The notes: generated by a model not told the origin, from the letters alone. DNA of 64,000 nt from a bacterium (GCA_965205865.1 CBDBHR010000030.1:768001-832000), one strand, 5' to 3'. Shown: positions 11,643 to 22,164, counted from the stretch's first letter. Made by a program: numbers and translations.

Positions 11643-12610
11643 CTAAGAGAACGGGTTGATCAATCTGGCCAGGAATCCTCGTTTGCGTTTCATCTTTGCG
11701 GCGCCGTAACTTCCCTGCCCACCCCGCAGCCTCGGGTCGAGCAGATCCCGCATAGCATCGCCGAACATGTTGAGGCTGTAGACCACGATGGTCAGGAAGA
11801 TCCCCGGCCACATCGCCAGCCATGGCGCCACCTGCATGTACTGGCGTCCTTCTCGGCTCAACAGGCCACCCCAGCTGGGAACGTCCAATGGCAGTCCAAA
11901 GCCCAGGAAGCTCAGGGAGGCCTCGGTGATGATGACGGTGCCAATGGTGATGCTGAAAATGATGATAATGGGGGCGAACACGTTCGGCAGCACGTGGCGC
12001 AGCAGCGTGCGCCAACCGGGATTGCCTACGGCCTTCGCGGCTTCGAAGTAGACGTTCTCTTTGATGCTGATCACCGCGCCCCGGATCACGCGCGAGTTGC
12101 CGATCCCATAGACGAAGCCCAGCACGATGATGATCTGCAGCACGCCGGTCCCCACGATCGACATGACCGTCATGAGCAGCAGCAGTCCCGGAAAAGCCAG
12201 CCAGGCATCGACGAATCGTTGCGTCACCATGTCGAACCTGCCCCCGATGAACCCCGAGAGGGCGCCGATGGCGGTGGCCACCAGCACCGCCACTGCGGTT
12301 GCCGCGAAGCCCACGAGCAATGACTGGCGAGCACCGTAGATGTTGCGGCTCAGGAAGTCGCGCCCGATATGATCGGTCCCCAGTGGATGCTCGACCGATG
12401 ACCCCTGCAGCCGCCGGGTCACATCCTGTTCAAGCTCGGGGTCAGGCGCCAGATAGTCGGCAAAAACGCTCGCCAACACAAACAGCGCAATGATCACAGC
12501 GCCGAGCAAGCCCAGCGGCTTCTCCCGAACCAGCCGGTAAAAGAAGTCGGCAAAAGGGCCACGTCTTTGCTGTTCGGCGGCGAGATCTGTCTTTTGGCGA
12601 GGTCTGTCAT
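11643..12610 (-). pseudogene. DppC-like permease, cassette 2; frameshifted near the start by a 17-bp duplication (ORF open from 12509)
   Basis: HPLGTDHIGRD, EAAKAVG, NMFGDAMRDLLDPR; ATG at 12610 followed by ACAGACCTCGCCAAAAG ACAGATCTCGCC. Confidence 0.75.
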
Positions 12611-13566
12611 TGGTACCGAATTCTGGGGTCGAGGTAGGCGTAGAGCAGGTCGATCAGCAGGTTGTTGACCAGGATGAAAGTGGCAAAGAAGAGGTTGATG
12701 CCCGAGACCATCGGATAGTCACGGAGCCCCAGCGACGCGATGAGCAGCGATCCCAGTCCGGGCAGGTTGAACAGCGTCTCGATGATGACAGAGCCCCCCA
12801 CCAGGATCGGCAGCTGCAGCCCGATGAGGGTGACCACCGGGATCAGCGCGTTCTTGATGGCGTGGCGGACGACGACTATCCGCTCGCGCAAACCCTTGGC
12901 CCAGGCCGTCCGGATGTAGTCCTGCCGCAACACCTCCAGCATCATCGTGCGCGTCATCCGCATCGTCGCGGCAGAGAGGCCGGTGCCGAGGATGAGGCCG
13001 GGGATGATGAACATGCCGACGTGGGCCAACGGATCCTCGCTGAAGTCAAGCAGTCTGAGCCGCGGCGTCCAGCCCCACCAGATGCCGGGAAAGATGAGAA
13101 CTATGAGGGCCAGCCAGAAGTTGGGGGTGGCCAGCCCGAAGATGGCGACGCTGCGCCCCACGTAATCGCCGAGGGTGTCCTGGCGCACCGCCGAGTAGAT
13201 GCCGACCGGCAGCGCGATCACCAGGCCGATGATCAGCGCCGTCGCCCCCAGCTCCAGGGTGACGGGCACTCTGGCAAGGATCTTCTCCTCCACGGGCCTA
13301 TGGCCCCGGAGCAGGGACTGACCGAGCGTACCGCGCAACAGGATCCCCGACAACCAGCGCACGTACGCTATGTGCGCTGGGACATTCAGCCCCAGCATCT
13401 CGCGCAGCCGCTCCTTGTCGTCCTCGGTCACGCCTATCTGATGGTCGGTCAGCAGGACGTCGACGATGTCGCCGGAGAGCTGGCGCACAGAAAAGAACAC
13501 CAGCATGCTCAGGATGAACAGGGTCGGAATGAACAGCAGCAGGCGCCGGATGACGTAGGTACGCAT
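12607..13566 (-). CDS. DppB-like permease, cassette 2
   Basis: MRTYVIRRLL, DYIRTAWAKGL, RDYPMV, LDPRIRY. Confidence 0.9.
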   Translation of the reverse strand: MRTYVIRRLLLFIPTLFILSMLVFFSVRQLSGDIVDVLLTDHQIGVTEDDKERLREMLGLNVPAHIAYVRWLSGILLRGTLGQSLLRGHRPVEEKILARVPVTLELGATALIIGLVIALPVGIYSAVRQDTLGDYVGRSVAIFGLATPNFWLALIVLIFPGIWWGWTPRLRLLDFSEDPLAHVGMFIIPGLILGTGLSAATMRMTRTMMLEVLRQDYIRTAWAKGLRERIVVVRHAIKNALIPVVTLIGLQLPILVGGSVIIETLFNLPGLGSLLIASLGLRDYPMVSGINLFFATFILVNNLLIDLLYAYLDPRIRYQ

Positions 13567-13570
13567 AAAG

Positions 13571-13732
13571 CTAGTGCTTTGTTAATAATGTTTTGATGTC
13601 TATGAAAAGTATAGTGATTTTAGCAATGTCATTCCTGCGGAAGCAGGAATCCAGGGTTTTAAGCTCTATCCCCTGGATCCCCGCTTTCGCGAGGATGACA
13701 AAGAATAATATATTAGTTTCACAAGGTACTAG
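13571..13732. mobile_element. MITE-like element between CTAG direct repeats, containing a REP-like doublet
   Basis: CTAG at both ends; imperfect IR TGCTTTGTTAA / TTCACAAGGTA; GTCATTCCTGCGGAAGCAGGAATCCAG..CTGGATCCCCGCTTTCGCGAGGATGAC inside. Confidence 0.55.
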
Positions 13733-15495
13733 TTCAACTCCTCCTTGAGCTGACTATCGATCCACACGCGAGAGTAGGGCCCGTTCCACTGGCAGTTGCC
13801 GAGCCCCATCTCGCCGTTGTAGCCGACGATCCACGGCTGCGCAACGTTGAACGTTGCAAACTTCACACCCCAGAGGTAACGGTGCTGCTCGATCACGTAC
13901 ATGTCGAGCGCCTTCGCCAGCCGTCGGTACTCGTCGCCAGTCGCAGCCTGTAACTCCTCCCACTTGGCCTCGAACACCGGATCGGTGAAGATGCCGCCGG
14001 TGTCGACGGAGACCGCGCGAAACCTGCCGAGACTTTGAGTGAGGTTCCCGTAGTCGGCGCCGGCGGACCAGAAGTCGATTAATCCGTCGAAATCTGACGC
14101 ATTCGCCCGTCCGGTGAACGTGGGGGTGTCGAGCGTCTCGATCTCGACTTCCACGCCGATCTTCTTCCAGTAGCCGGCGACGAGCTCCATGTAGCCGACA
14201 TCGGCCAGTTCGCTGTTAGTCATGATCGAGGTCCGGAAGCGGACACCGTCCGCCCCGCGTGGGTATCCGGCCTCATCGAGCAGTCGCTCGGCACCCGCCG
14301 GGTCGTAGGACCAGAACTTCTTGAGCTCCTCGGGCCAGGTATCGAAGGGGTTGTTGAAGCCGGTCACGTCCGTCCCGATCGGCCCCATCGGCTGCCACTT
14401 TCCGTAGCCGTAAAAGTAGTTGTCACTGATGGTCTTCAGGTCGATCGCCATCTGCAGGGCGTGGCGCACCCTGATCTCGCTGAGGGGCGGCTCTTCCGTT
14501 TTGATGCCCAGGCACGTCTCGCAGCGGAACCCGATCGGGAAGAGCTGCATGCCCGGGACATCTTTCTTGAGCTGCACCGCGTTGTCGATCGTCTTGATCC
14601 GCGAGACACCCGTCTCCCCGCTGATATCGATTTGGCCCGACCGCAGTGCCGCAAGTCTGGTCGCCTCGTCGCTCATCATCAGCAGCACGAGCTTGTCGGC
14701 GTAGGGCAGGCGGTTCCCCGGGAACTTCTCGTCGTCCTTCCAGTAGTTGGGGTTCCTGTCAAACGTGATCGAGGTGCTGCTGACGAACTCGTCCACCATG
14801 AAGGGCCCGGTGCCGATCACGTTGTTGGCGTCGGCGATCAGGTCGAAGGTCTCGGGCGCATATACCTTGTCTCCGCAGTCGTCCAACAGCGCCGCGAGCG
14901 TGCCCTGGTGCGGCTGCGACAGCTTGATCTCGAAGGTCAGCTTGTCGGTGGCCGTCACCGACTCGAAGGGGAGAGTCAGTCCCCACGGCGCGGGCTCTTC
15001 ACCGGCAAACCTGCCGATGCCGTACCGTCGATCGTAGTTCGCGGCCAAGTCGTCGGCGGTCAGCTGGCGACCGGATACCGGCGGCTTGTCGTGAAAGAAC
15101 ACGTTGTCGCGGATCTTAAACACCCACGTCAAAGGATCCGGGTTCTCCCAGCTCTCCGCCAGGTGCCCCACCAGGGCGCTCTCGGGATAGTAGACCACTA
15201 AGGAGTTGACAGTGCGGTCGATTGTCCAGTCCGCCAGGCCTAACCTGTCCAGCGCCGATCCCATGAAAAGCCCCCCTCCGCCAAAGACCCACATGTCGCC
15301 GTGCTCAATCGCGAGTGTTATCAGCGCAGCGGTAATGGTCCCGCCGTATTCCGGCTTCAGCACCTGCTTGCCGGTTGCGGGGTCTTTGACCATCTCTTTG
15401 GCAGTCACTGCTGCCGAACTGACCCAGAATGCGGCCACCATCAGGGTGAAGGTTAACAATATTGATTGAATTATTCCGTTTTTTCCAGTTTTCAT
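13729..15495 (-). CDS. family 5 substrate-binding protein, cassette 2; ORF open to 15648
   Basis: PEYGGT, LAESWE, GTGPF, RNPNYW, LLDEAGY; RBS GAGGA before ATG 15495. Confidence 0.9.
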   Translation of the reverse strand: MKTGKNGIIQSILLTFTLMVAAFWVSSAAVTAKEMVKDPATGKQVLKPEYGGTITAALITLAIEHGDMWVFGGGGLFMGSALDRLGLADWTIDRTVNSLVVYYPESALVGHLAESWENPDPLTWVFKIRDNVFFHDKPPVSGRQLTADDLAANYDRRYGIGRFAGEEPAPWGLTLPFESVTATDKLTFEIKLSQPHQGTLAALLDDCGDKVYAPETFDLIADANNVIGTGPFMVDEFVSSTSITFDRNPNYWKDDEKFPGNRLPYADKLVLLMMSDEATRLAALRSGQIDISGETGVSRIKTIDNAVQLKKDVPGMQLFPIGFRCETCLGIKTEEPPLSEIRVRHALQMAIDLKTISDNYFYGYGKWQPMGPIGTDVTGFNNPFDTWPEELKKFWSYDPAGAERLLDEAGYPRGADGVRFRTSIMTNSELADVGYMELVAGYWKKIGVEVEIETLDTPTFTGRANASDFDGLIDFWSAGADYGNLTQSLGRFRAVSVDTGGIFTDPVFEAKWEELQAATGDEYRRLAKALDMYVIEQHRYLWGVKFATFNVAQPWIVGYNGEMGLGNCQWNGPYSRVWIDSQLKEELN

Positions 15496-15674
15496 ATTTC
15501 CTCTTACAATTGAGGTAAAATAAAAAGATTCGCCACAGCATGGGACGAATCGGATCCCCGCTTTCGCGAGGACAAGTTTTTGAACGGCAGACACAGCGCC
15601 TGCCACGGTCAGCCCAACGAAGCGGGCCAGAAATTTCTTAAGATACATTGGAACCTCTTCTTACATAATTGAGT

Positions 15675-16448
15675 GTAACTATTCAGGTCTCTGAAAAACC
15701 CGTTTAGTTAAATATCATTAAAAAAGATTCCCGGGGAGGATCGATCGTTTTCAATTCCTCTCACGAAATTGTTCAATCGATCGGGAACCCTCTCCTTCAC
15801 TAAAACAACTTAGCGAAGGCATGATCCTGGCACAACAACAACAACCCAATGTCAACCCCCCAAGGCAAAATAAATGAGGGATTCGCAAAAAAAAAACAAA
15901 AAATCAATAAATCTGCTCAAATCCGGGGACAGTCAGAAGCCGTTCAGTTCAATAACGTTGAAAAAAGATTCCCGGGAAGGATCCATCGTTTTCACATCCT
16001 CCCGGGGTATTGTTCAATCGATCGAGCGGGAATCCTCCCACAGCTAATTTTGAATCAAACGAGCGGAAGTCCTCTCCTTCCCTGAAACGACAAGGCATGA
16101 TTTCAGCACTACTACGCGGCGCAAAGCCTATAGCAAGTTTGGATCAGGAGAATTGCGCAACAAAGGAGGTCAGCTATAAAAAGATATATTGTGGTCCATC
16201 TTCGGCATGAGCCAAAAAGCGAATGTTCGCTCCACAATCCAGCGTTTTTTCCAACGGTGATAATGATCGTAAACGCTTTGCCAGGGAGGTAAATCATGGG
16301 CAAGCATGCTTCACTGACAACCCGTTTTCAGGACATACAAAATCGCATTGACGATGCTATGTTTGCTATGAATACTTTTGGCCACGCAGGGGGCGGAACG
16401 TTTAAAAAAAGGAGAGTTTCAGTAACAAAGAGGAGCATGTGAAACCTG
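15675..16448 (-). mobile_element. IS5-derived remnant plus two leader modules, ending in an IS66-type terminus
   Basis: near-identical to 9180-9828; GTAACTATTCAGG at 15675. Confidence 0.7.
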
Positions 16449-17050
16449 CAGGCGGATATTGACGGGAATCTCGGTCTTGAAAACTTGATCCTTGTAATGT
16501 CCCCGGATCATTGCGACGATTTCCCTGGCAACGTTGGTACGGTAATCAACCAGCGTCAACAACAATCCCTGCAACTCCGCCTTCGTTCCGATCCTTTCAC
16601 GGATCCTGTCGACAGCTTCCAGCAGGTTGACCAGACCTTCCAATGCCAGGTATTGCGGAACAAGAGGGACAATGAAGGCATCAGCTGCCACCAACGCATT
16701 GATTGACAACAGGGACAGCGACGGGGGACAGTCCACCACCATGTAGTCATATTCCTGAATGATAATCCGCACTGCATGCTCCAAACGATTCTCATGTCCC
16801 TGAACGTCGGCAAGTACCAGGTCGGCATTGGCCAACTCCATCGAACCGCTTAGTAAGTCCAGGTTTGCGATGCCGGTTTGCCGGATGACCTGATCAATAG
16901 GATCCCTTCCAGAAGAACGTCGGCAGCGGAAGGTTTCAGGTCGCCCCTCGCAACCCCCAGGGACAACGACGCGGATCCCTGACTGTCCAGATCAATCAAC
17001 AGAACCCGGTATCCCCTCCTCGCCAGTTCAGCGGAAAGATTGACGGAGGT
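16419..17050 (-). pseudogene. ParA/Soj ATPase fragment, truncated and frameshifted
   Basis: SVNLSAELA..VLLIDLDSQG, YDYMVVDCPPSL, NALVAAD, IPVNIRL; Walker A missing. Confidence 0.8.
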
Positions 17051-17091
17051 GGATGAATGGAGATGTTACCGGAGAGCTCGTAAAAGAATCA

Positions 17092-17262
17092 TAGCTTGTC
17101 CGACAGCTCATCAAGTCGGGAAAAGGGACGCAGGTCCTTGACCCCTTTTCAGGCATTGGTACAACAACTCTGACAGCAATGGGTATGGGGCTGCAGGGAA
17201 CAGGCATAGAGATTTTACCCTTGGGCAATGCGGTCGCGGGGCGCCCATTGGCAAGTGAGTTT
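17092..17262 (+). pseudogene. amino-DNA methyltransferase fragment (SAM-binding motif I)
   Basis: reads VLDPFSGIGTTTLTAMGMGLQGTGIEI. Confidence 0.65.
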
Positions 17263-17263
17263 C

Positions 17264-18551
17264 TTACCCCGGAATGTTATCGACTTCGAGCCATAGCTCT
17301 TCGACTCCACGCAGTACCAAGCGATCTTGAAACTTCGGTTCATGAAGGATTTGAATAGAGGAAAAACGATCGAGAATTCTGGAAAATGCAACGCGGGCTT
17401 CAAGAATAGCTAGTGGCGCCCCCAGGCAATAATGAATACCACGCCCGAAGGAGACGGGGCTTTGTCCTTGTCGTCTGATGTCGAACACACTTGGGGATGT
17501 GAATACTGTGGGGTCATGATTTGCCGCACCAAGCAGGCAGAGAACGCGCTGAGAGAACGCGCTGGCCGGCTTTGATTTTTTTGTCACCTATAGATACGTC
17601 TTGGAGGGCTTCCCGGCTGTCTAACTGTACAGGGCTGTCATACCTGAGCATCTCATTTATCGCGGAGATCATAAGGTCAGGGTGATCGCGCAGCCGTTGG
17701 AGTTGTATTGGGTGTTTGAGCAGCGCGAGCATTCCGTTGCCTATAAGATTGCGTGTGGTTTCGTGACCTGCGACGAGGAGTAGAAGTAATGTGTCGATCA
17801 GTTCCCGATGAGTAAGGCGATCTCCCTGATCTTCAGCGGCGATCAGCGCACTTGTCATGTCGTCACCGGGATCAAGCCGGCGACGTTCTACCAGATCCTC
17901 AAAATAATCCTCGAGATTATTCCTGGCTTCGGCGATCTTGCGGCTTTGTCGATCGTTCAGTATTGGCTCGATGCTGAATGCTATATCATTAGACCACTCT
18001 CTAAACTTATTGACATCCTCGGACGGGACGCCGAGCATCTCGGCGATCACTGTGACTGGCAGTATATAGGCGAATTCGGTGATAAAGTCGAAGCGGTCAT
18101 AATCACTGATGGAATCAAGCAGGTCATCTACAATCCAATGGATTTTCGGCTCCAGAGCAGCGACTGAATGCGGGGTAAATGCTTTGGAGACCAATGATCT
18201 CAGCCGCGTGTGATCCGGAGGGTCGACGAACAACATACTCTTATAATCGATCTGTGGATTCCAATTCTCGCGCCCGAATATTCTATGCTCTCTGAGAACA
18301 TGATTCACATCTTCATAACGAGTGAGTACCCATCCATTGATCATCCTTAGCCGGTGAACAGGGTCTTTTATGCGAATCTGCTCGTACATGTCATATGGAT
18401 ACGCCTTAATCTCTTTCGAGAGCATATTGTAGCTGACTCCGGACTCTAATTGTTCCCAAGTGAGTAGTGCGTGGAGAGCCACAAATTGAACTATATTTTG
18501 TATGGTTTGGGGAATAATACTATAACGCTGATTTGAAGACGTAACGTCCAT
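17264..18551 (-). pseudogene. cytochrome P450, frameshifted by a 13-bp tandem duplication
   Basis: DPPDHTRLR, AGHETT, EMLRY, heme motif FGRGIHYCLG in second frame; AGAGAACGCGCTG x2 at 17539-17564. Confidence 0.9.
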
Positions 18552-18744
18552 AACATAGAAAGGAATACAAAGAGATTACAGGCATCACGCCGGTTGGTAT
18601 GCCGGATGCGTCAATTATAAGGGTATTCATCATCAAACTTCATCCTTCGATTGTAATCACGGAGTGATGTGATTACGATCGTCCGTTATTGCGACAACTC
18701 ACAGCTAAGCCAGACACTTTTTTGCTTTTCACCTCTTCGCTTGC

Positions 18745-18895
18745 GCCGCTTTGCGGGCAATGGCGCTTCGCTGCCCGGCAGTCAATTCCCCCACGCTGGG
18801 CATAGTCTACGTCTTTTCCAAAAGCATTTTGTACCACAGTCGGATAAGATGTAAAAGCGTCGGAAGTCAATTGAATACGATTTCATCAGGAACAC
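18745..18895 (-). pseudogene. IS1-family transposase internal fragment
   Basis: RIQLTSDAFTSY..AFGKDVDYAQ. Confidence 0.55.
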
Positions 18896-18913
18896 GAGAC
18901 AGATAAATTTTCT

Positions 18914-19225
18914 TCATTTGACGCAAGGCCACAATGATTGCGCTTCGATCCAACCTTTTCGACTCAATACCCACATCCCGCGACTTGCGTCAGTTCGGAA
19001 CAATCCTCGTTTTTTCATTCGAGTGTAAGCCTCGCGCGCCATGTTCTCACAACGGCGTTGACCGGATTCATTTTTCTCCAAATCCCCCGATTTTAAAATC
19101 CCGTCGGCCGTCATCAAACACAGCATTTCATTGACGACTTGAGATGTCTCGCCATGCCCGCCTAATGCGCGCATCGCTTTGAGGGGAGCTACCCCGCAAG
19201 TTAGGATTTGGATTCTTGTATTCAT
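18914..19225 (-). CDS. Mrr N-terminal-like winged-helix protein
   Basis: LKAMRALGG..SGQRRCEN..SRGMWVLSRKG pattern. Confidence 0.5.
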   Translation of the reverse strand: MNTRIQILTCGVAPLKAMRALGGHGETSQVVNEMLCLMTADGILKSGDLEKNESGQRRCENMAREAYTRMKKRGLFRTDASRGMWVLSRKGWIEAQSLWPCVK

Positions 19226-19644
19226 CGGATAACCCGACAAATGTCCAAGTACTGTTTGCAAAAAGGCAATATAGATAAAATCTGAATGAAACGCAAAAAT
19301 GAAAGCCAGGGCGATACTCCCTGAAGCGCTGGAATTGGAAATGAAGGCCTCTGTCTCGAACTGGTGCGAAAAGTGCTGGGCGGTGGCTGGAGGTTACAAT
19401 GGACGGATGTTTGCCAGTTTTGACTCAAAAAGGGCCTTTGGATGCGAATCCGGAAAATTCAGATACTCTCAATTCGACCGTGGTGCCAAGTTTTCAGGTA
19501 GGTCAATAAGGTAGGGTAGGGAATTGGAGGTACACCGGCCACTCCGGCCATTGTTTCAATCTGTCGACCGGATGATATTTTTATAAAAGTATCATATAAT
19601 TTCTAAATGCGCCTTTCGACTTGCGCTATCATTGACAGGAATGA

Positions 19645-20421
19645 ATGAAAATGAAAAATACGAATCGAGTCTTGAAAATCATAGCCTTTTTGCTCTCCTT
19701 CGGGCTCATTGCCTGTACAATCTCCATCAAACTACTGCCACCGGATGAAGTCAACCAGATGGGAGCCCAAACATTCAGTGAGATAAAACGGGAGGCTCAC
19801 CGGGAAACAGACACCCGCGAAAACGCCTATGTCCAGTGTGTCGCGAAACGGATTCTAAAGCATTCCGGGGAAAATTCCGCAATCGATCAATGGGAAGTCG
19901 TCCTGTTCCGGGACCCGGCTGTTAACGCCTTTGCGCTCCCGGGAGGAAAAATCGGCATCTACACCGGACTACTGAATATGGTCGCAAATCAGCACCAGTT
20001 GGCGGCGGTGCTCGGGCATGAGGTCGGACACGTCATCCTGGAACACGGTAATTAAAAAATCTCTCAGGACCTCCTGGTTAAAGGAGGGTTGGCGGCTATT
20101 GAGCGCCTTATCAAAGACAAGGACCCGCAGGAAAAAAAGAGATCCTGGCTGGTTTGGGGCTTGGCGCGCAGATCGGTCTCGCGCTTCTTTACAGTCGCCA
20201 TCATGGATTCGAAGCAGACCAGGTTGGACTTGACCTGATGGCAAAAGCAGGATTTGATCCCCGGGAAAACCTTACGTTTTGGGAAAATATGAATCAGAGT
20301 GGCGGTCAGCCACCTGAATTCCTCTCCACTCATCCTTCCGATGAAAATCGAATCAAGGATCTGAAATCGAGAATGACGGACGCCTTGAAGCTTTACGAGC
20401 AAGCGGAAAAAGCGGATTGTG
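19645..20421 (+). pseudogene. M48 metallopeptidase lipoprotein, disrupted
   Basis: VNAFALPGG, HEVGH, then stop/frameshift; YSR..EADQVG, EFLSTHPS. Confidence 0.85.
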
Positions 20422-21835
20422 GCAACGTTCGACTAACACTCGGAGAATGGAGTTTTTGGACCTATGAAGACGGCAGTCGTTACAAAGACCCGGTGCATGT
20501 GTGGAAGTTTCTTGATCGGAACCTGGGAGATCCTGAAGACGACTGTCAACATTCTATTGGTAGTCGGATCGGGAAAATTAATAAATAACCCCGATATCTA
20601 CGTCTTCAGGAAGTCGGACAAGTTCGTAGTAGCGTGAGCAGCCGACAAGGCTGTGGATTTTGGAGAGTGAAAGTCTCTCTGTCGTCAGTTTCCCATTCGG
20701 GCGACTAGCATATCCGGTGCGCTTAGCAGGTAACTGCTTTGCGTTCTGCCCGGAAGTAAAAGTCACCGTCTGCTTTGGACGAGAGTCCATAGTGGGAGCC
20801 AACAGGGTGGCGAGCAAACCTGGAGGCCTGAACATTAGTGAATGATTGCAGCTCCGAAAGAGACTTCCGTCGTGAATTGGCTTGACGGTGTGTTGCCCAA
20901 CCGCCGACCCGCTCGCTACTCGGGGAAGGCCGAAGTTCCAAGGGAAGTAATGGGAACAGGCACCTTGGAGGGAGCCGGAGTATGGATCCAAGCATCCAGG
21001 GAAAGATCCACAGAGATAACGTCGGGAAGGGCCAACTTCCAGCAGGGACTCGCAATAACCTGCAAGGACCTACCGTATAGGGTAACACCGAAATCGGCAG
21101 GAGGATTTTGGTCTGGCGCATGAGTCCGTATGAGCGATGAAGACCGGGTAACGCTGGTCGAGGGGATGCTTGGACATCTCCCTTTTGGAGGTAACACCTC
21201 TAAAAGGCAAAGGGGCTCTCGGTAAATGGCGGGCATTTCATGAACCACTGCCGAACTTGTGTCGGTCAAGAGTGTCACCACAAAGAATGTCGAGCTGGAG
21301 ATCAAATCACTCACTCCAGGGGTGAATGCAGGCGAGTGCTTAAGCTTCGGATTGGGTGGGAAGGGTTTCTGGGGAAACGCTGTTGCTGCCAACCGGACTC
21401 GGGAAATCCGACCGTCCGGGATGAGAGGGGGGGCTTGCGGAAACGTGATGCAGGGTCTGACGCCCTTTTGCCACGAAACCGGAAACGGGGGATACATTGG
21501 AAGTCGTTGACCTAAACATGCGCGCGCCGTATTTCTACCCGGCATGAAGCGGCGAACAATGAGATCATTTGTAGAGAGTAATAATGCAAAGGAAATCAAC
21601 GGAGCCTGTGGAGCAAAGGGACTTGGCTGAGAGGAATTCTGCTTGCCCTCCTGTGTTCGGAACTCAGAGGCCGGTAAAATCAGAGAGCGGTTTAAGCAGG
21701 GTGCGCCAAACGGCAACGTTTGAGCGTCTGACTCGAAGCAGGAGCCGGATGCGTTAGCAGCGCACGTCCGGATCTGTACCGGAGGAATGACGAAAGGTGG
21801 CTGGAAACCACTATAAGTCAGTTCTTTACGGTGAC
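20419..21835 (+). mobile_element. ORF-less group II intron (outer), 5'-truncated, interrupted by a second intron
   Basis: GGAACCTGGGAGATCC (DI end), AAGTCGGA..GTAGTAGCG/ATGAAG (DII-DIII), DV GAGCCGGATGCGTTAGCAGCGCACGTCCGGATCT (21742-21775), 3' end TACGGTGAC. Confidence 0.85.
20635..21543 (+). mobile_element. ORF-less group II intron (inner), 909 nt, complete
   Basis: absent from the second copy of the host intron; DV AACCGGACTCGGGAAATCCGACCGTCCGGGAT (21391-21422); 3' end CTACCCGGC; EBS1 loop TCGCTACT at 20913-20920. Confidence 0.85.
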
Positions 21836-21904
21836 TTTGATTATTTGATTAGGAACGAGTCCAGTTTTTTTGCCCCCTTTTCATTTAATCAAAGGCCTGA
21901 CCCC
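21836..21904. repeat. GGGGTCAGGCC-type REPIN/MITE lacking its first 11 nt
   Basis: matches the reverse complement of 36101-36178 from nt 12 onward. Confidence 0.85.
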
Positions 21905-22164
21905 TTTTTGACCCCCTTTTCAGACCCTTTTTCTGATAGGAGTTTGGCGGTTTTGAAAATATTCTTTCACAGAGAGAACTGACTCTTCAACCTTTTTAAA
22001 GAGTTTAAGAATTTCTGCTTGTTTTTCTTTTTCTTTTTTGATAGTTCTCAACGAAATCGCCTTTGGCTTAAGGTTTTATTTCACCTGGCATACGGCGATA
22101 ATATCGAGAAATTAAGAAAAATGACACTTAAATTTCGCTAATATTTTAGCCGAAAGTCATGCAT

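Noticed and set aside
20578-21716. ORFs of 61-266 aa overlapping the introns
   Set aside because: No RT (YADD) or other motifs; incidental frames over structured RNA
21935-22080. Lys/Glu-rich fragment similar to 8420-8510, possibly a transposase N-terminus
   Set aside because: Similarity is visible but too short and low-complexity to assign
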